Assembly (NCBI RefSeq): GCF_006345805.1
Contig: NW_021828804.1
Span: 1 to 7,663 of the forward strand
Direction of reading: 5' to 3'
Length of the DNA stretch: 7,663 nucleotides
From: Octopus sinensis
Lineage: Eukaryota
Both the position numbers and the translations under genes were made by a program. The notes under the pieces were generated by a model, which worked only from the letters and a program-made list of their open reading frames with translations, was not told the DNA's origin and did no database searches. Of this stretch, positions 1 to 5,660 are shown in pieces. Position 1 is the first letter of the stretch; each line of letters starts with the position of its first letter.

Positions 1-105
1 AATAAATAAAACCAATCCCTTCCTAACATACCGAAGGCGAAAAGTATACATTTCTCGTGATATTCTTGTTTTTATGCTGTTTCCTTTAGACTAAAAATCT
101 CAGCT

Positions 106-126
106 CACACATACACACACACACAC
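106..126. repeat. (CA)n microsatellite
   Basis: Directly visible CA run with one CATA interruption. Confidence 0.95.
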
Positions 127-152
127 TCCACTGATATAGAGTAATGGCTCAC

Positions 153-224
153 CCTGAGAAGGGTCACCAAAACTGGATCTCGTTCCTGTGTCTCCGGTGA
201 TTCCTTGTCTTGAGAAATGAAAGG
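153..224 (-). CDS. Speculative internal exon (PFISQDKESPETQERDPVLVTLLR) of an unidentified minus-strand gene
   Basis: Minus-strand donor AGG|GTGAGC at 153/152, acceptor TCTTGTAGTAG| at 225/224, 72 nt open in phase 0. Acceptor is weak and no protein family is recognised. Confidence 0.15.
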
Positions 225-314
225 CTACTACAAGACCGCAACTAGCTTTCGTAAACTGGATTTATATCTCGCCTCCACTTTATAACAATATAAAAGAAAT
301 ATGAGCATCTTCCC

Positions 315-332
315 CTCTCTCTCTCTCTCTCA

Positions 333-386
<54 letters not shown>

Positions 387-398
387 CTCTCGCTCTCA
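315..398. repeat. Compound (CT)n-(CA)n-(CT)n microsatellite
   Basis: Directly visible. It accounts for the VCVCVC/ERERE tracts in ORFs 242..433 and 280..531. Confidence 0.97.
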
Positions 399-399
399 C

Positions 400-514
400 A
401 GCCTCTCCCCCATTGATGCTGTTTACAAACCAATTACTGCTTAATCTGTCTTCCTCCGTCGCAGTTTTCTTAGTTTTCTTCACAATGTTCTCTGTCATCT
501 TAAAATGTATTGCC
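400..514 (-). CDS. Speculative internal exon ([38 protein letters not shown]) of an unidentified minus-strand gene
   Basis: Minus-strand acceptor TGTCTCAACAG| at 515/514 and donor GCT|GTGAGA at 400/399. The 115 nt are open and phase-compatible with the phase-2 donor at 933. Polypyrimidine tract is poor. Confidence 0.15.
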
Positions 515-537
515 CTGTTGAGACATCGCACCTGCTC

Positions 538-550
538 TTTCTCTCCTCTC

Positions 551-588
<38 letters not shown>

Positions 589-630
589 CTATCTCTCTCT
601 CTATCTATCTGCCTATCTATCTATCTATCC

Positions 631-721
<91 letters not shown>

Positions 722-806
722 CATCTATATATCTATCTATCTATCTATCTATCTATTTTTCTATCTATCTGCCTATCTATCTGTCTGTCTGTCTGTCTGT
801 CTGTCT
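538..806. repeat. Compound (CT)n-(CTAT)n-(CTGT)n microsatellite (GATA/GACA type)
   Basis: About 200 bp of CTAT units (571-780) grading into CTGT units (781-806). It explains the LSIY/YLSI ORFs. Confidence 0.98.
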
Positions 807-831
807 GGCCTTCTGTTTATAAATGTATATC

Positions 832-927
832 GCACACACATAAATACATACGAACACACACACACACACGTACACACACATACACACACGCACGCGTACA
901 CACACACACACACACACACACATACAT
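832..927. repeat. Imperfect (CA)n microsatellite
   Basis: Directly visible. Confidence 0.95.
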
Positions 928-932
928 ATTAC

Positions 933-967
933 CTGTATCGATCAGACTCTTGGATGTTGTTATACAT
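933..967 (-). CDS. Putative first coding exon MYNNIQESDRY(R/S) of an unidentified gene
   Basis: Minus strand reads CAGCC-ATG TAT AAC AAC ATC CAA GAG TCT GAT CGA TAC AG|GTAATA. Start context has G at -3, there is an in-frame upstream TAA, and a good donor is followed immediately by microsatellite. No homology recognised. Confidence 0.3.
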
Positions 968-1199
968 GGCTGAACTCAACGTTCTTCCAATTCTTTCAGG
1001 ATTACGTTATTCTCTTCCATCACGGTCAAAATCGCTTTACTAAATCGCCTTTCCATTGTTCAGCTGAGCCGGACATGCTGCAAGATTCACAGATAACAAT
1101 TGGACCCACACTCTCTCTCTTGCACGCCGAGTGGTATCCAAGAAACCAGCAAAAGCTACTCGATGGGAAGACGATTTAGCAGATCGAGAATATCCGGCG

Positions 1200-1350
1200 T
1201 GTGACAGCTCAGTGAATTGTATATTTACTGACTCTGTATATTCCAGATTGGCTGGGACGATTTCGTGTCGGAAGTGACGAGAGTGCGTGGTACTGACAAG
1301 CCGCAAGAACGGCGAAATGTGTTTCTGCTTCTCTAGCCGTCAGTTCCGAA
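1200..1350. promoter_or_regulatory. Candidate (possibly bidirectional) Pol II promoter
   Basis: GATTGGCT (1246-1253, reverse AGCCAATC NF-Y box) and CGGAAGTGACG (1269-1279, overlapping ETS and CRE half-site). TCAGTT Inr-like motif on + (1340-1345) and TCAGT on - (1231-1227). About 27 CpGs by hand count in 1021-1440, inside a microsatellite-free island. Confidence 0.55.
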
Positions 1351-1470
1351 TGGATCACGTCTCGGATAACTCTGAAGTATATTGCGTTTTTAACAAAGTG
1401 CGTATATTAAAGGGGCTGTCCCCGAACGAAAACTGCAGTTTCTGAGTTTTCTTCTATATAGACACGTTAA
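1340..1470 (+). other. Putative first exon of a plus-strand transcript
   Basis: Begins at Inr-like TCAGTT. Candidate donors AAA|GTGCGT (1398) and TAA|GTATGT (1471), the latter followed directly by (CA)n. ATG at 1350 gives MDHVSDNSEVYCVFNK up to the 1398 donor. Confidence 0.3.
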
Positions 1471-1479
1471 GTATGTCAA

Positions 1480-1860
1480 ACACACACACACACACACACA
1501 CAAATACATTTATGCCTACTAACCTAGATATCTTTGCGTTTTACAATCTCCCTTGACACACACACACAGACGCATACTTATACACACACACACTCACACA
1601 CGTACACAAGAACGCAAACATACCAACATAGAAATCATATTCATTCATTTTACTTCCTTATAATGTCATTTCACGTTTTACAAATTTTTCTATTTTTCAC
1701 ATTTAATTCATTCCTTTGTCTTCTCTCTCTGTTTCTCTGTTTCTCTCTCTTTTTCTCTGAGTTTCTGTATTTCCCTCTCTCACATATTACCAATTTCTCT
1801 CTGTTTTCCTCCTCCCTTTCTACCTCTGTATAGATTGCATACTCTCTCGCATGCACCCTC
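1480..1860. repeat. Degenerate CA- and CT-rich low-complexity region
   Basis: CA runs at 1480-1502 and 1557-1610, CT-rich tract at ~1720-1830. Confidence 0.85.
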
Positions 1861-1910
1861 ACATGCACTCACAGACATACATGCATACGCACATTGCAAG
1901 CAAAAATATA

Positions 1911-2053
1911 ATGACAACAATAACAACGAAAACGATTACGACGATGATGATGATATTCATCATCATCATCACCATCATCACCATCCTCACCACTGCTCTC
2001 ATCGAAATTATCAACTGCAGCGGGAGCAACAGCAGCAACAAAGACAGCAGCAG
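1911..2053. repeat. Compound trinucleotide repeat chain (AAC/GAC/GAT/CAT/CAC/CAG)
   Basis: Directly visible. It produces the poly-N/D/H/Q ORF 1835..2080. Confidence 0.9.
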
Positions 2054-2107
2054 CTAAACAGGAAATCTATGACTAATTAGGACAAATTATCATAATTGTA
2101 AACCTTC

Positions 2108-2336
2108 AAATTTTTTTTTTGGTATTCTTCATCTATTTATATATTTACTTTTTTTTTTAGATTGGCTGGATGGGTGGGGCTTTTTGATATTTTGAATTTG
2201 AAATTCTGTTAAGTTTTTTTCTTCAAACGCATTTCTTAACAATACAAATTAAATTACAAAAAATTTAAAACAATTAAAAAATTTAAAAAAATTTAAAAAT
2301 AAATAAAAATCGAAGAAGAAAAACAAAAAGAAAACA
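2108..2336. repeat. A/T low-complexity region with poly-T runs and repeated A5-7/TTT units
   Basis: T-runs at ~2110-2120 and 2149-2158. A-tract units start at 2258, 2267, 2276, 2285, 2295 and 2305. Confidence 0.8.
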
Positions 2337-2422
2337 ATGAATCATTGAACTGAAGGACACACCCATTACTGGAACCTCATTAGAATAATCGACCAACCCA
2401 GATCAATTACAACAATAAAAAG

Positions 2423-2443
2423 AATAATAATAATAATAACAAA

Positions 2444-2490
<47 letters not shown>
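2423..2490. repeat. (TAA)n microsatellite
   Basis: Perfect (TAA)15 at 2446-2490 preceded by a shorter AAT run. Confidence 0.97.
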
Positions 2491-2693
2491 GGGTGGTGTT
2501 GCGCTCAAAATTGACTGGATAGAATAGAATCCAAGCAGTTAAAACTTGGGCGATAACATCGCTTCGGTATAGAGCAGGAATTATAAAATGGCAAAAAAGG
2601 GAAGAGATGAAAATGGATACCAGGACCAGAAAAATGTTGCCAGTACAGGAAGCCTTCCACTCTAAGAGTGACACCGATAGGCTGTATATGTCA
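2490..2693 (+). mobile_element. Decayed R4/Dong-clade non-LTR retrotransposon, C-terminal part of the RT region
   Basis: Frame 2490-2693 reads RVVLRSKLTG*NRIQAVKTWAITSLRYRAGIIKWQKREEMKMDTRTRKMLPVQEAFHSKSDTDRLYMS. This matches the R4/Dong pattern LKSKLNxxNKIxAINTWAxxxLRYxAGIIxW...MDRxTRKxL...FHPKSDxDRLY as I recall it. One in-frame TAG at 2520. Confidence 0.85.
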
Positions 2694-2721
2694 GGTAATT
2701 CAGAAGCCATGAGAGCCTGTG

Positions 2722-2837
2722 CTTGGGACCACATCATCAGAGGAAAAATTTAACAGCATTTCGCTCTGTTTTCACGTCCTGAGTTCAAATGTCACCGTGA
2801 CTGACATCGTTTCAGTATCGTGGAAAATAAGTACCAG

Positions 2838-2838
<1 letters not shown>
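2722..2838 (+). mobile_element. Degenerate, truncated tRNA-derived SINE
   Basis: B-box-like GAGTTCAAAT (2781-2790) preceded by AGCATTTCG and followed by GAAAATAAGTACCAG (2823-2837). That last motif resembles GATAGAATAAGTACTAG on the minus strand of the 6255-6625 SINE. Confidence 0.55.
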
Positions 2839-2871
<33 letters not shown>

Positions 2872-2875
2872 ATAT

Positions 2876-2916
<41 letters not shown>

Positions 2917-2923
2917 TGTGTGT
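2838..2923. repeat. Compound (TA)n/(CA)n/(TG)n microsatellite
   Basis: Directly visible. Confidence 0.95.
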
Positions 2924-3003
2924 GCTTGCGGTGCAAATGGTTTTGTTAAGCGGTGTCGAGGTCTTACAACTCTATAAATAATAACAATGGTATTTTTTAT
3001 AAG

Positions 3004-3054
3004 CACACACACTCACACACACGCACATACACACACACTCACACAAACACATAT
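3004..3054. repeat. Imperfect (CA)n microsatellite
   Basis: Directly visible. Confidence 0.9.
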
Positions 3055-3084
3055 AAAAATGCTACAAAAATGCAATAGAGGACA

Positions 3085-3700
3085 TTGAAACATTCGGACA
3101 GATAGGCGATACAAAAGGGAACAGGAGAAACAACAATTAGGACAGGCATTCCTTCAATTAGAAGAAAGGACGGGTCATTCGTGGCTTTCTTTCCTCACTC
3201 AAGTTCCAGAAGTCACGACCATTTCCGGCCGTTACACTTGAGATGATTCGATCTGGTTGCCCCCACCCCCCACCCTGTACGGCAACAACGACAAAAAATG
3301 GAGAACATGATACACAATTACGAATACAAACAACAAGAAATAACAAAAGGTGTCTTTTGTCTGGGAATGAATCAAATTGAGTTGGCGTATATGAGGTGAA
3401 AGCCTAAAGGCAGGAATATAAGAGATGGACATAAGAGGCGTTGGCGGCCGGTAGTCAGGCCAAAAAAGAAAGATCAGGGCTGGCCCGACACCGATCACGT
3501 GGAAAGAGGAGAGATGGGTAGGGGGCAGCAGGATTGAAGGATTAGAAAAAAAATCAGAGACAAAGAGAAAGGTGCAGGGCAGATAAACGAGTGGGAAATA
3601 GGAGGAGTTAAAGAAAGAGAGGGCCAAGAAATGTGTGAGAGGGGAGCGAGAAAAAGAAAGAAAAATGGGAGGGGGAATAAAAGATAGAGTAAGAGTCGTA
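3085..3700. mobile_element. Unclassified interspersed-repeat-like segment with purine-rich (GA) 3' half
   Basis: Complex non-coding sequence (AAGGACGGGTCATTCG...CAAGTTCCAGA...GGCAGGAATATAAGAGATGG...GATCAGGGCTGGCCCGACACCGATCACGTG) that resembles an octopus interspersed repeat as I recall it. Cannot be confirmed within this window. Confidence 0.4.
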
Positions 3701-3735
3701 CAAAATTTAGATACCTGCTATAAGGTGAGCACAAG

Positions 3736-3858
3736 GTATGTATATATATACACATATATACATATATAGGAATGCATATACACACATATATATATATCTA
3801 TGTATATATATATATATATATACATACATACATATATATATATGTATATATATATATA
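3736..3858. repeat. Imperfect (TA)n/(CATA)n microsatellite
   Basis: Directly visible. Confidence 0.95.
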
Positions 3859-3920
3859 AATGGTTATCCAAACGATGAACAGTTAACGCGAAAACCAATT
3901 GGTTCGTTTCAGTCCTTATC

Positions 3921-3921
<1 letters not shown>

Positions 3922-3952
<31 letters not shown>

Positions 3953-3953
3953 T
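3922..3953. repeat. (TTA)n microsatellite
   Basis: Directly visible, about 10 units. Confidence 0.95.
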
Positions 3954-4129
3954 CTTATAATCATCAATAATAATGACCTTTTTGACTCGTAATACTCTAA
4001 ATGTATATTTTTGCCACTACCTATCATAAATAGTCTTTTTATACCTGCAATATGCATTTTCGTTGACTTTTCTTATTTTACACTTCCACTTCCACGTTGT
4101 ATTTTATATTTTTTTCAAAACATATTTCT

Positions 4130-4171
4130 ACTATATATATGAATATATAGACATACATGCATATATCTATA

Positions 4172-4220
<49 letters not shown>

Positions 4221-4240
4221 TATACATACATACACACACA
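4130..4240. repeat. (TA)n/(CA)n microsatellite
   Basis: Directly visible. Confidence 0.95.
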
Positions 4241-4259
4241 AAGTATGGGGTTTAGTTCA

Positions 4260-4790
4260 TATGTGAACGATTGGGTATGCTAAGTAAGTGCTGTAACGGA
4301 TTACTGCAGTTCCAGGGTTATAGCCGAGATGGTAGTTATGGAGCCATTGCAGATTTCCGATGCAGCGGATATATAATTGTTAAATAAAACGCCAAACATT
4401 AAGGCAAGGCAAACATCTCAAGTCATACAATATCATTACAGGAAGAAATTCAAAATCTTACAGTTGTTTCTGGGATATCCCCGAGTATGAGATATTCCAT
4501 CATCAGAGACAAATAGGGGGGAAAATATGGAAAATGAGAATGGTATATATCAAGAAGATGACATCGTAAAGGAAGGGAGTAAGAGAATAAGGAGATGGAA
4601 AGAGAAAAGAAAAAAGAAGCAAAAAAGTTCATAGTTCAACTTTCCGAAGTTATAGATGCATGAGTCCTTAAGGGCAATCTTATATAGATCCATAATTGTA
4701 AATCTTTAGGTGTAATCCTGCGTATATCCATGTGGGTTCAAGTCCTTATATAGTAGACATTCCAAGAAAAAGACGTGAACAACGTTCAAT
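4260..4790 (-). mobile_element. Probable Penelope-like element 3' end / pseudo-LTR remnant
   Basis: Contains the hammerhead at 4448-4514. About 200 nt upstream on the same strand (4765->4715) a frame reads LECLLYKDLNPHGYTQD, weakly like the PLE GIY-YIG C-terminus (ExLxIKxLxPxLNxQ), followed by a pyrimidine-rich spacer. Boundaries are approximate. Confidence 0.45.
4448..4514 (-). ncRNA. Minimal type I hammerhead ribozyme motif
   Basis: Minus strand: AUUU-GUCU-CUGAUGA-UGGAAUAUC-[UCAUACUCGGG]-GAUAUCCCA-GAAA-C-[AACU]-GUA/AGAU-UUU-GAAU. Core boxes are intact and correctly ordered. Stem II has 8 of 9 pairs, stem III is minimal, and stem I has 4 bp plus 4 bp around a UUU bulge. Predicted cleavage is after A4459. 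Confidence 0.72.
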
Positions 4791-4809
4791 AACAAAGGTA
4801 TATATTCTA

Positions 4810-4869
4810 TAGTAGTAGTAGTAGTAGTGGTGGTGGTGGTGGTGGTGGTGGTGGTAGTAGTAGTAGTAG
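4810..4869. repeat. (TAG)6(TGG)9(TAG)5 compound microsatellite
   Basis: Counted directly. Confidence 0.97.
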
Positions 4870-4967
4870 GTTATTGTCGTTCTCGTAGTAGTTGTGATAA
4901 TGGTCTTTATGGTAACAGATTCTTTGACAGTGACAACAGTGTCTGTTGTAGCTTCGGTTGTATTACT

Positions 4968-5133
4968 TCCTGAAACATCATAATACCGTGTATATATCAA
5001 TAGGAACATCAATACCATCGTGCATATATATATCTGCAGAAATATCATAACATTGTGTAAAAGACGTATCTATAGAAACATCATAATGCCGGTGATATAT
5101 CCATAGAAACGTAATAATGTTGGGTATATACAT
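4968..5133. repeat. Degenerate minisatellite, about 5 units of 31-36 bp
   Basis: GAAAC-like anchors at 4972, 5003, 5039, 5075 and 5106. Approximate consensus CYATAGAAACATCATAATNCCGTGTATATAT. Confidence 0.7.
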
Positions 5134-5297
5134 CTTTCGTTTTTCACTTGCTTAATTCATTTGACTGTGGACAGGCTGGGACACGCCTTGAAGAATTTTA
5201 GTCGTACAAATGGTGCCTATTCTATCGGTTTCTTCTTACCGAACCGCTTACACACGAGACGTAAACAAACGAGCGCAAGTTGTTAAGCGGTGGGAAA
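5134..5297 (-). mobile_element. 3' (tail) half of an older copy of the CORE-like tRNA SINE family
   Basis: Aligns by eye with 6279-6445: shared TCATTTGACTG (5157-5167 vs 6286-6296), GCTGG, TAGTCG, TATTCTATC, CCGAACCG, GTAAACA and AAGCG in collinear order. Confidence 0.85.
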
Positions 5298-5578
5298 CAC
5301 ACACACACACACAACACACACACTCACACACACATACACAACACACACACACACCCACTCACACTCACACACACACACACACACACTCACACTCACACAC
5401 ACACACACTCACACTCACACTCACACACACACACACGCACACGCACACACACACACACACACTCACACTCACACACACACACACTCACACACACACACGC
5501 AAACTCACACACACACACTCACACACACACACACATACTCACACACACACGCACACACATGCACACATGCACACACAA
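5298..5578. repeat. Long imperfect (CA)n/(CACT)n microsatellite, probably the expanded internal microsatellite of the SINE
   Basis: Directly visible. It sits where the intact copy has a short CA/TA tract (6446-6480). It explains the three THTHTH ORFs. Confidence 0.95.
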
Positions 5579-5660
5579 CTATATATAGTATAAAGGTAAG
5601 AGCTACTAACAGTTTCTTGCTGTGAAGACACGTCGCTAGACAGGTTTTTATAACGTACAA

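Noticed and set aside
147-190. ACCC-TGAGAA-GGGT hairpin with CTGAGAA...AAAAC, superficially hammerhead-like
   Set aside because: Both core boxes are mismatched and there is no stem I.
413-973. Longest ORF (186 aa) and overlapping 505..822 ORF
   Set aside because: Open only because CTAT/CA repeats lack stops in those frames. The product is LSIY/HT repeats.
1040-1306. 88-aa minus-strand ORF MRLVSTTH...
   Set aside because: Non-ATG start, runs through the promoter motifs, and no recognisable family. Not excluded as part of an exon, but unsupported.
1835-2080. Poly-Asp/His/Gln ORF resembling a transcription-factor low-complexity region
   Set aside because: Entirely compound microsatellite, no folded domain, no convincing splice context. 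Similar chains occur elsewhere in the window in non-coding settings.
2140-2175. Strong-looking acceptor TTTTTTTTTTAG| at 2160 and a second AGATTGGCTGG matching 1245-1255
   Set aside because: No plausible donor or open frame follows. Poly-T plus AG is common here, and the 11-mer match lacks other promoter features.
2700-2745. Minus-strand CUGAUGA (2740-2734) followed by a UGUG/CACA hairpin
   Set aside because: The required GAAA after stem II is absent (GGCU instead), so it is not a hammerhead.
3232-3627. 131-aa hydrophobic minus-strand ORF that looks like a membrane protein
   Set aside because: The F/L/S/P richness is the expected translation of the pyrimidine-rich strand of a GA-rich repeat.
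3893-3904. Perfect 12-bp palindrome AACCAATTGGTT
   Set aside because: One or two such AT-rich palindromes are expected by chance in 7.6 kb, and there is no supporting context.
4828-4854. (TGG)9 as a G-quadruplex
   Set aside because: Only two-tier GG runs within an ordinary microsatellite, with no evidence of function.
4968-5133. CRISPR-like periodicity of 31-36 bp
   Set aside because: Units are contiguous and degenerate with no unique spacers, the context is eukaryotic, and there are no cas genes.
5210-5625. Three overlapping His/Thr-rich ORFs
   Set aside because: Translation of the (CA)n/(CACT)n tract.
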